Positions 42,347 through 55,933 of a DNA stretch of 64,000 nucleotides are shown here, in pieces; positions within the stretch are counted from its first letter, which is position 1; the number at the start of each line of letters is the position of its first letter. The DNA lies in contig OX597825.1 of NCBI GenBank assembly GCA_951406725.2, positions 47,058,001-47,122,000 of the forward strand, written 5' to 3'. Under the pieces are notes generated by a model, which was not told the origin of the DNA, ran no database searches, and saw only the letters and a program-made list of their open reading frames with translations. Source of the stretch: Octopus vulgaris (lineage: Eukaryota). The position numbers and the translations under genes are program-made.

Positions 42347-42385
42347 TTAGAACCGGTTTCCGTCAATTTAGATTTTTTCAACTAA
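42347..42385 (-). ncRNA. Second UUGAAAA hammerhead-like motif (relative of unit C)
   Basis: Minus strand reads ttag-TTGAAAA-aatctaaattgacg-GAAA-ccgGTT-ctaa. The flank aaaatgctaa.ataat is shared with 5158-5175. Confidence 0.45.
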
Positions 42386-43129
42386 GAGTAATATAAGAAA
42401 AACAATTAAATTGGAGAGAAACATTAAGTAAAATGTTTTGTAGATATTTTCATGATCTTTAAATAGGTAAATATTACCATAGTTTACAAACAGTCTGTCT
42501 GTCTGTGTCTCTCTGTTCCTTTGTGAATGCCTGGTAGGTTGGTAAGTAGGTAAGTAGACAGGTAGACAGGTAGGTAGACAGGTAGACAGGTAGGTAGACA
42601 GGTAGACAGGTAGGTATGTAGGAAGGTAGGTAGGTAGGTAAGTAGGTAAGTAGGTATGTAGGTAGGTAGTTAGTAGTAAATTTGAAGGAATAGTTTGGGT
42701 AAAGGCAATTGGTGGTTTAAGCCGGAGCAGCCGAGGGAGGAGAAGTAGAAGTGGGAGGAGGAGAAGAAGAAGAGGAAGAAGGAGATAAAGGAGAGGAGGG
42801 TGGAAGACTAGGAAGGAGAGGATGATGAAGAAGAAGAAGAAAAAGAAGAAGAAGGAAAAGAAGGAGAAGGAGGAGGAGTTGAAGGAAATGAAAGAGGAAG
42901 AGAAATACAAGTAAGGAAAGAAGATGGAGAAAGAAAGGAAAAATATAGGAGTGCTGTGCCATAGTAAATTGATCATAGAATCTTAGAATCTTTAATGTTC
43001 AAATAACGCAAAAGTGACCAATTATGGTCGTAGCAGTCGGAATGTTCTAAACTCTTGTAGTTCCATCAGTAATGGCGGAATTCAAAAGAGTTTATATTAT
43101 GTGATAAAGTACGTTTCTTTGCTGATGCG

Positions 43130-43700
43130 CTGACTATAAGTTGCATTGCCCCTGAATTTATTGAGGGGGAAAATTCTGAAATTGGGTTGTTCGTTAGTGG
43201 CGCAAATATCGATGTGCTCGCTTAATCCTATTCTCGTATTTTAATTTGGGATCTATATGCCGGCGCCCTCTGACGTAAACTGTTTTCAGTTTGACTAATA
43301 TATTGTTGTTGGCACCCTGATCAAGTTAATACATATATTAGGTTTTCCGAAGCACATGTAAAGTTGTTTTTCATTGTAAAAATTTGACCCTGTTTGAAAG
43401 AGTTGTCAGAATTGACGTCAACTATTTACCATCTGGCTCCACGACAACCCTAACAAATTGTGTTGAAAGCCAATTCTTATAAATTTCAGAGATCATACAT
43501 TAGTTTAATCTCTTGACCTGAGACTTCGTTAGTTACTTTCAGGTTCGATTCTTTTCTGTGTTTACAAATTTGTATAAATACTTTTTCCAAATCTGTTTTC
43601 TTCTTTCTTTGTATTCATGCTATTTTGTAATGTGTATTAAATTGATATACATACATGCATTTATATATATTCTTCTTATATAATTTACTTATATAATTTA
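43130..43700 (-). mobile_element. Degenerate PLE GIY-YIG fragment (Neptune-like)
   Basis: Minus translation gives NFTCASENLIYVLT.SGCQQQYISQT..SLRQR...FRIFP. Confidence 0.55.
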
Positions 43701-43739
43701 CTTCTTTCAAAAATCGATACAATCTTTGCAAACATTGCT

Positions 43740-46390
43740 TTAACAATAAATACGATCCAAACACAAAATATTATCTCTAAAAATAATCAAGCAAACACAA
43801 CTGACAACACAAATCTTTTGGCGGGACCACCCCAATCACAAAGGAAAACAAATGACGAAGAAACAAAAACTGACACGAACCAAGAAAAACCTTCAAAACC
43901 CCAAGACTGGAACAAACTTCTAAACCAACGTAAACATGCTTATTGGAAAAGCATACGCTGTAAGAACATAGCCAACATATACCAAAACTGGCGGGACATG
44001 AAGAACCCAATACTCCCTAGAAAATTCCTTATCAAAGAAATAAGGGGTGAATCACTAGAAGAAACAACAATACGTGCAAACCTAGCCCTTTGCCGACTAG
44101 AAACGGAAATTTCCCTTCTACAAACACGAAGCTTACACTAGGAAGATAAGATTAAAGCAATTGATACCGTCATAATGGCCGAAATAAAACTACGAAAAGA
44201 ACTCTGGGGAAAAATCAATTATGAAGACAAAGAAACTACGAAAACAAATGAAAAGATACAATAAACCAGCATCACGAACATATTGGACTCCCAAACATCC
44301 AAATAAGCCCTACCAAACACAAACCAAAAACCCGCTCCTTACATTGCCGAACCCCCCCAATAAACAGACACACAAAATATGAAAGACGACCATCAACCCA
44401 AAACCCCACAAAGACAAACACACAAGCAGCAAGACGAGCATGATACATACAATCAACAACCTATAACACTTGGAGAGAACAAACAGAATATGAACAACCA
44501 CCAACACTGGACATCCTAAATGGATACACACATGGAACAATAAACAAGTGTATAGAAATCAACACATAACCTACAACAAACATCGAAGAAATCCAAACCA
44601 TACAAACATCAACCCCATGCGACCCCACAAATTTACAAGATGGATAAAAAACAACTCCCTCTATCAATACAATACAAACACAAAACATGAACCATCCACC
44701 TACCCACAAAGAAACCTGAACCCCAGTAATAGAAATTGGCTCAACAAACACAGAAGATGGGAAGAAAACAACTACCAAAGACAAAACAACACACACAGAC
44801 CATACAGACCACCCCTACTGCTACAAGAAAACCTAAGACCTGAAAATGGAATTTGGAGACGCAACAGCACAACCCCTTTTTTAAGGGAAAGGATACTTCA
44901 ACCATACTCCAGATCCAATACACCAAAAATTTCCGAGTGAACACACAAAGCACGTAGACACCAAAATAATAAACCTATATAAAAGAGAACTTAGCGAAAA
45001 TGAAATGAACCTACTACTAAAATACAGGGAACTCATAGATAAACGTTTCAAGACAGACTTTATTACCCAAGCCACCCAATTAATACTCGAAGAAAATACA
45101 TTTTCATTCAACAACAAGACATACCGACAGATAAAGGGCACGGCTATGGTTACAAAATTCGCACCTTCATATGCCAGCCTGGTGATGGGTTTCCTTGAGA
45201 ACAAACTATACTATGAAATAGGGAAAGTCTTCGAACACGACTTCAGAGAAGACATCAAGAAAAAGTGGAAACGTTACCTCGATGACTGCTTCATCTTTTG
45301 GAACCGATCAGAAGACCTACGAACATTCCACAACATCCTCAACACACTGCACCCATCTATCAACTTCACAATAGATACCAGCCACAATGAACTTCCCTTC
45401 CTAGACATCAACATCAAGATACACAACTCCATCATCACAACAGACATCCACTACAAAAAAACCGATACACACCAATATTTAAATTTCTACTCCTGCCACC
45501 CATCCCACATAAAAAGAAACACCCCATATAGTATGGCAAGACGCATATGCTGCATAGTAACAGACTCACAAGCACGCTTAATAATACTAGATGAACTTAA
45601 AAACTTCCTACTAGAACAAAAATACCCCATTAAACTAATAAAAATGGAATCTCAAGAGCAATGAAACTGGACATCACACAACTCAGGACCCCCAAAACAA
45701 AAAAAAAGAAAACATTATCCCTTTCGTAAACACACACAACCTTGGAGTTACCAACATGTTTCAAATCATACATTCAAGCCTACAAATAGTCTTACAAAGC
45801 CCCAAAAATGAAAACATACTAAACAAATATTGCATAAAAAAACAGTAGACGACAAGGCAAAACCCCGAAGAAACAACTAACGAGAGCGAAACTCTCATCA
45901 GAAACTAAAACTGAATTCTTTGCAAAAGAGTGCGGAGATGGTAGATGTGGGATCTGCAGTAACCCCACCTACAAATACAAAGAGGGAGACAAAGAAATGA
46001 AATTGAAAAGTGGTCACATATTCAAAATAAATGCAGATATGAACTGCAAGACGCAGAACGTAATATACTGCATAACCTACCCCACATGCAAGGAGGATTA
46101 CATAGCTGAAACTGGAAATTCTTTATGCCAACGAGCCAGAATTCACCGACAACATGTCCAACAGGAGGAACTGCGCAAGATACCACTAAGTAAACACCTA
46201 GATACATGTGGAGAAGGAAAATTTAAGATCTTTCCCTTCTACAAATGTCCAAAGAATGACACCTCCTTCAGGAGGAATATGGAAAAATACTTCATAACTA
46301 AGTTCTCCCCCAAATTGAATGACTGAAAATATTTCTATAATAAGCTGTACCAGATGAAGGACCAAATTTGTAAAGTAAATTGTATTAAGC
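43740..46390 (+). mobile_element. Penelope-like element (Neptune-type), RT plus GIY-YIG, degenerate
   Basis: RT: NTFSFN..YRQIKGTAM.TKFAPSYA.L.MG, WKRYLDDCF, LPFLDI, Y.K.TDTHQYL.F.SCHP. EN: CGDGRCGIC..CKTQNVIYCI...C...YI.ETG..R.R.H..IFPFY..LN. Confidence 0.9.
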
Positions 46391-47149
46391 ACACACACAC
46401 ACACACTTACACACACACACACACAGAGTTCTACACATATGTTTTGGTGTTTGAAAATGCAACATTGAACAAATGATATTCTAATATTTGAATGAAACCA
46501 TTTTACTTTAATTTGTACAACCAGTTACTTCTGTATGATAAAACTTAATATTCATTTAGCTGTCAATCAGTGAGATATTAGACTAAATCAACTGAAGATC
46601 AGACAACAGACTCAGTGGTTGTCAGTTTGTATTCTGTCATCTGTAACTTCAACACAAGAAAGTCTTTGCTCATCATACATTGAAGGACAAATCTTTCAAT
46701 TTATAATTTAACAAACATAGTGTAGCATTTAGTACAATGTATATTACTCTACATTCTTGTTGATCACCAAAGCAAATTGAATTTTAAAATGTGAATTTTG
46801 TAATCCAGATTTTCCATCCCATGTAAGCACAGGAATCAAACATTGGATTGAAAGAACTGAATAGTGGTATAAATATCAACACAATTATTTCTTCTTCCTC
46901 TTTTTCTTCTTTCTCCCCTTCTCCAACGACACCCCTTCGAGATTCGCTGGCACCCCCCCCCACACACACACGCTGCACACACACACATACACACCTTCAC
47001 AAAACATCAATAAAAAGAAATCCAGACAATTCCTTTTTGAAATGGCCAATTTCTAAAAACCAAAAATCATTTACAGTTGCAAAAATATAAACAAAAGTGG
47101 TACTCTTGACCATTGCTAAAAGCTAATGACTGGTTACTCTTAACAACTT

Positions 47150-47745
47150 GACCATTCCTCCTTAACACTTCTTTCAGATACAAAGACACAAACACACGCA
47201 TCACACACGCGCGCACATAAACACACACACACTCTCAGAAGACAATGATGAAAAGGAAATACAATTTATGATCTTCTTTCTCTCCCTATTCTTCCTTTCC
47301 TTCTTTTTCTTTAACACCCCTTCAGATACAAAAAAACACACACATGGTCTCTCTCATATTCTCCCCATTCATCACCCTCTTGTACTATCTTATATCCCTT
47401 CCCACCACTACACACTCACTAACATTATAAAATGGTCAAATTTTTCCCCCAAGATCTTAGAACCCCCCTGGAGTAAGCATCCTGACCAACTACAAAAGAA
47501 ACCAGCAACATTTTTTCTTCTTCCCCTCTCCCTTTTCTTCCTTTCCTTCTTTTTCTTTAACACTTCATTCAGATACAACAACACATACACACACGCACAC
47601 ACACAGACACACAGACACACAGACACACACACACATGGTCTCTCTCACTTTCTCCCTAGTCATCACTCTCTTGTGCTATCTTATATCCCTCCCAACCACT
47701 ACACACTCAATAACACTATAAAATGGTCAAACTTTTTCCACAAGA
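47150..47745 (+). repeat. Imperfect tandem duplication (~250-290 bp period)
   Basis: ttcctttccttctttttctttaacac..cacatggtctctctc..ataaaatggtcaaa occurs at ~47290-47445 and ~47535-47737, with a partial copy at 47155. Confidence 0.85.
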
Positions 47746-48371
47746 ACTTGGTTCAAATTGAGAACTCCACCAGAATGGACGGAAGCGCTAATATATGATA
47801 TATGATATAAGTTATATGATGTATAAAAACATGTAATATACAAATAAATATCTGTAAATATAAAACCTTCCGAATTTCTGAGTACCTCATTTGTTCTAAT
47901 ATAAAATACCTGTACATCAACTCCAAACCTTAAGTAAGATTTTATATATAATTATGACGCGAATCTCTATAACTCTTTGCTTGACCTTCCCTTCTTTCCC
48001 TATCTCTCTCTCTCACAGCCGTTTGTCTCTCTCTCTCTCACTCCTCCTCATCTCTCTCACAGCCGGCCGACTACTTCCTTTCGCCTGCGGCCTCCTAACA
48101 GTAAACACACAGTCTTCTTGCGCTCTTAAGAATTTTTCCTCGTCTAGGCCAAAAAAGGCCCTCTTTGTTTGTTTTCTTGTTTGTTTTTATTTCTTGTATT
48201 GTATTTTTTTGTAATTGTATTTTTGTTTTGTATTTCATTTTGTATTTTATTTTGTTTTTTATTTGTATCGTTTTTACGTCCTGTTTGTGTCACATTTTTT
48301 TCTTTCCTTGTTTTTACCCCTCTGCGAAGTAATTTTATTTAATTCTTTCGCAGGAAGGGCTTTCGACGATT

Positions 48372-48432
48372 CGTGTTCTGTCCTCACCTTCGAAACACGC
48401 TTGAGTTGAACTAGGGACAGCTGATGAAGGGG
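48372..48432 (+). ncRNA. Candidate non-circularly permuted (rearranged) hammerhead ribozyme
   Basis: cgtGTT-ctgtcc-tca-ccttc-GAAAcacg-(15 nt)-ggacag-CTGATGA-agggg. Stem III is 5 bp and stem I is 6 bp; stem II is short; all core nucleotides are present. Confidence 0.65.
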
Positions 48433-48549
48433 ATTTTTCCTTGTGTAGTTTGTCTTGTACTCTGTTTTTTCGTTATTAAAAAAAGGTCCGTTCCATGCTT
48501 GTTTTTATGTTTTCGTTTCTAGCTTTATAGAACTATACATTGGTGTCAA

Positions 48550-48930
48550 TTCCGATGCCCCTTTTGTCCCGTAGGCGTTGACGGAGTTTGCCAAATGCGT
48601 TGGTTGCCTTTGCAAGGCGGTTGACGATTTCCTCATCAAGGGAAGCGCTCGAATTCACTTTACTACCAAGATATGTAAATAACTTCACATAATTCAGGGT
48701 TTTCCCATCATTAGAAATATCAGGAAAATTGTGAACCTGTGGCCTCTCGAATTTGTTTAGGAGTAAGGCAAGGTTGGTGGATTACTTCCATCTTCTTTAT
48801 GCTGATGGTGAAACCTAAGGCTTTACATGCAGCAGAAAACTGGTCTAGAAGTTCCTGAGCTTCCTCTAATGAGGTCGCTACTAGTGCAGTAGCATCTGGA
48901 AAGAGCAGATCTCAAATAATACTAGTGCGT
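48550..48930 (-). mobile_element. RTE-clade LINE RT fragment
   Basis: LFPDATALVA.S.EEAQELLDQFSAACKALGFTIS.KK..FTYLGS..NSS.SLDEEI.NRLAKA.NAFGKL. Confidence 0.8.
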
Positions 48931-49628
48931 TTTGGAGAACATAAGAATAATGGAAAATCGAGACAAACGCTCAAGATGCTAAGTCATTTATCTCATCACA
49001 TCACCGACATATGTTTCGATAGATGCATTAAAATAAATCCGAGGGAAGGATAATGTGAAAAATGCATTAGTCTCGTCAGGGATAAACCAAATCGGATACC
49101 ATTTGCGTTGAGAATGGAGTGGTACCTGGAATTTTGGGGAAAGTTCCTTTTGATGGCTTGACGAAACAGATATGGAATAATAAACCAAATAGTTTTACTT
49201 GGGTCCGAATGAAACTTGCATTCTCAACAAAATTGTAGAATTAAAAGCGTTGTTTATCAATGTAAAATTTCTGCAGGATCTAAAGAATATTGGCATTCCA
49301 TCCATGGAATTTAAAAAAAAACGATTTTAATACATTTAAATATATTCATAAACATAATACTACAGGTCTTAGTAAAATAATTTGGCATCTCAAAGACAAA
49401 TAAATAATTTTCTTTGGATTGCAAAATTTTGTCAAGATCATTTCCTTATGATAAAGTGAATTCTTTCTCCTCTCTTTGTCCGGACGACAACTATTTATCC
49501 TTTTTTCCAAACACACACTGGTCAACACCTATAAAGAACGTGTTTACTGGTGTTTACATTGGAAAAAAACATTTTTCAACTATTTCAAATAATATCTGCC
49601 CCTTTATCTGATAATTTCAGCAACTTAA

Positions 49629-50309
49629 ACTTAATCCATAGTGTACATATGAATTTCTAGAGATATGAGGAGGGATTACATACTCACAGACGACAAATTT
49701 ATCCATTGCTAATCACAACGAGGTGGGTTTCAATTCCTGCTTATTAGCATTACAGAGAGGGTGAATTAATCCTTTGTATAGATGCACAATTTCCAATGGT
49801 GTAGATGTAAATTTCAGAGAAATGAAGAGGAATTTCATATTCACAGGCGATAAATTTATCAATGGTTGAACACAATGAGGTGGGTATCAATTCTTGCTAT
49901 ATGATTAGGTATTTGCCACATTAATCACATTACTGCTATTTTCAAGAGACTGTAGCTATTTAACTTTTAAAAGTTAAATAGCTACAGTCTCTTGAAAATA
50001 GCAGTAATGTGATTAATGTGGCAAATACCTAATCATATAGCAAGAATTGATACCCACCTCATTGTGTTCAACCATTGATAAATTTATCGCCTGTGAATAT
50101 GAAATTCCTCTTCATTTCTCTGGAAATTTACATCTACACCATTGGAAATTGTGCATCTATACAAAGGATTAATTCACCCTCTCTGTAATGCTAATAAGCA
50201 GGAATTGAAACCCACCTCGTTGTGATTAGCAATGGATAAATTTGTCGTCTGTGAGTATGTAATCCCTCCTCATATCTCTAGAAATTCATATGTACACTAT
50301 GGATTAAGT
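49629..50309. repeat. 681-bp zero-spacer palindrome
   Basis: Centre aactttt|aaaagtt at 49968/49969; arms of 340 and 341 bp differ by one indel by eye. Confidence 0.95.
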
Positions 50310-50478
50310 CACCTTCTCTGTGATGCTATTAAAACTTTTTTTAAATTCTGTGATAAGACTGTACATCATCTTTAATGAACTTTAATGAACTTTGGAAATC
50401 TGTTTATGTTACTTAATTATCTACATTACTTCATGAGTATAGCCTCAACCACTAGGATGTCTAGAGAACTCACATGTA

Positions 50479-50569
50479 TTTTAGCTGATGAGTACGGGAC
50501 ACGTTTATATGCTGCAATTTTTGCAACTTTTAATAAAGCCTGTCCTTGTATGAAACGATTGTACTAAAA
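50479..50569 (+). ncRNA. Canonical type I hammerhead ribozyme with extended domain II
   Basis: ttttag-CTGATGA-gtacgggaca(~40 nt)tgtccttgtat-GAAAC-gatt-GTA-ctaaaa. Stem I is a perfect 6 bp, stem II is ~10 bp with GU pairs and a bulge, the core is intact, and the cleavage triplet is GUA. Confidence 0.8.
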
Positions 50570-50602
50570 ACCTATCCATTCTTGTTGCTTTTTTTTCTCG
50601 CG

Positions 50603-50655
<53 letters not shown>

Positions 50656-51509
50656 GTATATGTATATATATATGTATGTATGTATATATATATATATATA
50701 TATATATTTATACACACACATATCGATACCTTGATAGAGAGAGGAGGAGAAAGAGATAGAGAGTGAGTGAATAAAAGAGAGGGTGCAGCGTAAAGAAATT
50801 CGAATCACAAGCAGGTGGGAACCTAATTTCTATAGACTATGTACAAACCCATTTTATGTTTCTATATAGAGAACGCATGCGAATAAATTCACAAGTAAGT
50901 TTTATGAAGAGTAAGATGTATATGATAGTTGTAAACAGACAAAATAATTTAACCTGGAAGTGACGATGTTGAGAGCTCAAATCTATGAACATGAACACCA
51001 TGGACCGATGTGTCCATAATTTCAACAAGAAAATCGAGTCTTATAAGAACTAACTATTAACTAAAAGTCAACCCCTTGCAGTAGAATTGTGTGTGTGACT
51101 AGATTGCAGTTGTGTGATGTGACTAAAAGTTTGATGTATTAAGAAATAAATAAAACTTCAATTTTACATTTCTAATGTAAATGAAATGGCTAAAATGGCT
51201 TTTCTACTATTTAATTGCCAAACATATGTAGATAACACACACGCTTACACGCATACACACTCATACACGTCGTACACACTGACACGATGCGCGCGCTCAT
51301 ACATACACACATGCACACACAACATTTCTCCTTCCCACACATATTCATATATAAGAAGAGAAATTTCTTTTTGCTAATCATCAAGTTTATTGTTAGTTTA
51401 GGCAATATACTACGCTGATGAATTTAAACTTCACATAAAGGAGTGATTTATATAATTGCAGGTTGGGTTTGTTAATGTTATCTAAGTTACCCACTATCCT
51501 TTTATCTTT

Positions 51510-52010
<501 letters not shown>

Positions 52011-52273
52011 TTATAAGATCTATTGGTTTTGTTATAAGAAATTAGCAGTTTTTACTTAATCTTCACCTAGGTGAGTACATTTGTCCTCCTGCTTAATTGT
52101 GCATAATTGTCCCATTCAATAAACTATCCTACAAAAATAATAACGATTCTAGTTGTAACTTAATACATTTATACATACTTAGACACGTATACATGTATAT
52201 ATATATATATACTCACATACAAATGTATGTATAAACGATGTTCCTCTGCACGGGTCCCATCTACCACAACACA

Positions 52274-52690
52274 TTTACATGTTATTAATGGATCCAGTGC
52301 TGGATTAAACATAAAGCAAAATAAGCACGGGCTTAGGGCATCAGGGGAAAGGGGCACTACAGAAATGGTAAATGATTTGTGGCTCAAAAGAAATCACTTA
52401 TACTTGCTTAAATAATATTCAAAGTGGATTATATTATTGGAAATATAATTTCTAAGTGTTCACGGTGCCATAGTGAGGATCTGATCAAAGTTAGAGAAAA
52501 CTTTTGAAATATAAATAAACTTGGCTGTATATAAAAATAAATATTATTGTCCATCTTATTGTTGGTCCTCTTTCATTTTGAGAAGTATGAATTTATCTTA
52601 TGGTATTGTTTATATTTTGAATTGCATACATATAAAAGTACTAAGATTTTTTAAGTGCTTAGGGCCTCTCTGGGTCTTAATCCTGTCCAA
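52274..52690. mobile_element. MITE-like element
   Basis: Termini cagtgctggattaa / ttaatcctgtcc and a repeated subterminal gcttagggc. Confidence 0.4.
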
Positions 52691-54676
52691 GATGCATCTA
52701 AGTCTAAAGTAGTTGCCTTTTTGTTTGTTTTGACTCAAAATGCTTTGCATTGCGACAGAATCCGGAAGTACGTGGTTGTGAAGAAAACCTCTCACATATA
52801 AACATGCATCTTTGTTTATTTATGACTATTGTTACAATATGAGTTAAAGGTAACTGAATGTATAGAGTTCACGTCCCCTAATATATTACCTGTCATCCAT
52901 TCAGTAATCCAATTATTTTCCTTCTCTATAAATTCTATCATTTGACCGGTAAAGAACAAATAATCAAACCAAAATTTAAAAAACAAAAAACTCAGTATTT
53001 GCTAGATTTCTCTTCTAATAAAACATTATTTCAATTGAAATATTGTCACTATCATTTTTCAATCATCAGATACATAGGTATCTGTCTAACAAATGTTTGA
53101 AGATTAAGGATCTTTCCGTAAATATTCCAGCTGCAGAGTGTTTATATTCATGAGCGTGTGTGCATAGGTAAAATATTAGAGAAAAGGGTCAGCCGCTAGA
53201 TTACTTTTGCTAGAAAGTTACTGCTTCTAAAGCTAACAAAAGCCGCTGACTTTAAAGCTTCCATGAAAGTATCTGTTCTATGTAGAAGGTCAAGTGCTTA
53301 CTGAAGCTAAAACGAAATTTTAAGAAATTGGTGTTGAATATCTTTCATGAGGTTTTCGAAAATATCAACACATATGCTGATAAAAAGAAATATCTCAAGA
53401 AATCTACTTGCATTATATGCGTAACAAGTGGTATCCTGAAGACTGTTATATAAAACTTCAGAAGAAGTGGAAACGTTAGAGTTGACATTATTTATGTGTT
53501 CCGTGTTTCTGTGCGTGCATATGTGAACGTATTGGTATGTGTCTGCGCATATGTGTAATGATCTCAGCATGAATCAATTTGTTCAATAATTTATGAAATT
53601 ATAACCTCAATGGACCATCTTATCCTGTCTTACTCTAATTAATGACTTATATTTAAAAAGATACATCTTTTTATAAGTAATACTTCATCATTTCATAGTC
53701 CAAAGTTCTTTATTTTATATGTGACATTCTACCTATAGCATTTGTTTTAGTTACTGTAAATATATCAAATACAGTAAACGCAAACATTTTATGATGCAAA
53801 AGAAAACAGACAAACAATTGTTTGCAGATACACACGTACACACACAAACACACACACGCACGCACGCGCGCGCGCACACACACACACACACACATTAATA
53901 CATATATTTATATCATTATTTATCACAAGATTCTTTATGTGAATTTGTGTGTTGAAACAAATTTTGTTGTGTCTAGGAAGTCATTAACACAGCCACTGGT
54001 TCAATTTCATTCCTTTATTATTCCTCAATTGGTTAAATACCAAACTAACTAATCGAGTGTTCGTATAATTCAATTAAAAAGTAAGTCAATTTCTTGTTTT
54101 TGTCGGTCAAAGCTCTTTCGTTGGTACTTGCAGCGAAAGTGTACGTACATCTACACATGTGTATGAACACATGTGTACATACAAATATATGAGTGAATGA
54201 CTGCGTATATGTATACATGTGTGTGATTGTTTGTATATATATATATACATATATACCAATTGATTTCATGCTTAGTATGATAAACATGCTTTGCGATCTT
54301 CAGTTGAATACAGCATTTAACATCTATTTCTAAAATATTCACTACGCTAACTCGTGTGCGTTCCTAACTTTAAATGTCCCGCTCCGTTTAAAAGAAACTA
54401 TTGCAAACAAGAAAAATTTTAATAGAATAGTATTATTACCGTTATTTACAGTAATAATAAGATTGTTAGCAAATTCAGACCTTTACAGACAAAATACAAA
54501 ATAATTTAAGATTAGATAGGCTATGCAATACCACTTGCTCAAAAAACAAAGCAAAAAAAAAAAACACTATCAAAATTACGATAATGATACACATGAGCAA
54601 TGCAATATGTTAACACTTTTAAACAAAATACCAGTTGAATTTTTTCATGCTATATCGTAGAGAGATAGATAGATGC

Positions 54677-54709
<33 letters not shown>

Positions 54710-54835
54710 TGTATGTATGTATGTATGTATGTATGTATGTATGTATGCATGTATGTATGTATGTATGTATGTATGTGTGTGTGTATGTATGTATATATAT
54801 ACATTTTGAATATATATATACATATATATATATAT

Positions 54836-55050
54836 TCAAAATGTGACCGCGTGTGTACCATTGGCGATTTTTTTTCCTCCGTCTTCCCTTCTTTGAATCT
54901 TTCCTTTTCCTATGTTTCTGACGAAGAGCTCTGCTCGAAACGTTAAACTCTCCTTCTTTCCTTCTTTCCTGAGCGTCCAATAATACTATACTTGTTCCAC
55001 GTCCTCGCGTTGTTGTGTTTTCTCTTTGTGTTTTCATGTTTGGATTAATT
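54836..55050 (+). mobile_element. Solo pLTR-like unit abutting (TA)n, with a minimal hammerhead at 54914-54948
   Basis: gttt-CTGACGA-a-gagc(tct)gctc-GAAAC-GTT-aaac; a second copy lies at 60470-60670. Confidence 0.75.
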
Positions 55051-55061
55051 TTATATTTATA

Positions 55062-55880
55062 CTAGCAGTATTGCCCGGCTCGTGCGCTCGTGCGTTCTAT
55101 GCACGCGCGAATTAAGCTAAACTTGGATGAAGTTCAATCAAAATTCAATTATTTTGGTTTTAAAATCAAGCATTTAATGCCCTCTATTTTTGCGTTTATG
55201 TGTTCTATTTCCTCTATAAGAAGTATGTAGAAGCGTTTCATAAATTTTTGTTGATCAAATAATTGCATTGTTGAATTATTCTTTTAGATCAGTATTTCTC
55301 AACGGGGATTTCAGGGGAGAGTTTCAGGGAGTCGCTGGCGATGTATCGTGATTATCAAAAATCCTGCCTGCTAAAATTTGGTTCAAGTGATTCAAACTGC
55401 AGACTCAACGCAAAATGGTCACATTTAATTCAAAGCGTTAAAAATGTCATGAAAACAATTGGTATGTGTTCACAAAGTCCAAACGATTAATACGAAAAAA
55501 ACCTCCAGGCTACATCCCGAAAATTCATTTCTTTGCCGAATTTCTACAATGTTTACGGCGATTCGTTTTTATATCTTGATTTTTATTTTTCATGCAGTTT
55601 ACGAATGCTTGCACGCGTGGTGAACACAGTTCACGTCAAACAGCTGACTGAGTAAAGTTCACTATTCAATGCATGGGATAAGGCCTAAACAAACACATCA
55701 TCGATTTTTGCACTTGCGAGATGAATTTCAGAACAGTAATAGCGCAGTTCAATTTTCATTCGCCTAAACTTTAAGTGACCCATTTTTAGTGGTTCTACGA
55801 TTTGTTGACTAGAAGGAGATGTGCCGGGAAGTTAAACACACAGACGCACACACAGATACACACACAGACACACAAGTTAA

Positions 55881-55895
<15 letters not shown>
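55062..55895 (-). mobile_element. Non-autonomous Helitron
   Basis: actagcagtattgcccgg is the reverse of the 3' hairpin-CTAG end seen at 41460-41487; the 5' end is tatataaaac-like at ~55890. Confidence 0.55.

Positions 55896-55932
<37 letters not shown>

Positions 55933-55933
<1 letters not shown>

Larger units (their letters stand above)
48930..50600 (+). mobile_element. Degenerate PLE 3' part (GIY-YIG 49200-49600) with an inserted palindrome and a terminal HHR
   Basis: NCRIKSVVYQCKI..KEY, TGLSKIIWHLKDK, KILSRSFPYD..SLC. The unit ends at (TA)n ~50603. Confidence 0.6.

Noticed and set aside
46345-46370. cagatgaaggacc after the Neptune GIY-YIG stop
   Set aside because: The core is mutated and no GAAA or stem III follows.
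47150-47745. Repeat-spacer appearance (CRISPR-like)
   Set aside because: These are long imperfect tandem duplications in eukaryotic DNA, with no constant short repeats, unique spacers or cas genes.
49660-49850. tgagga/tgaaga in the 158-bp tandem units as hammerhead cores, and a gtgagt donor in the right palindrome arm
   Set aside because: No GAAA or cleavage triplet is in register, and the candidate exon has no recognisable peptide or partner exons.
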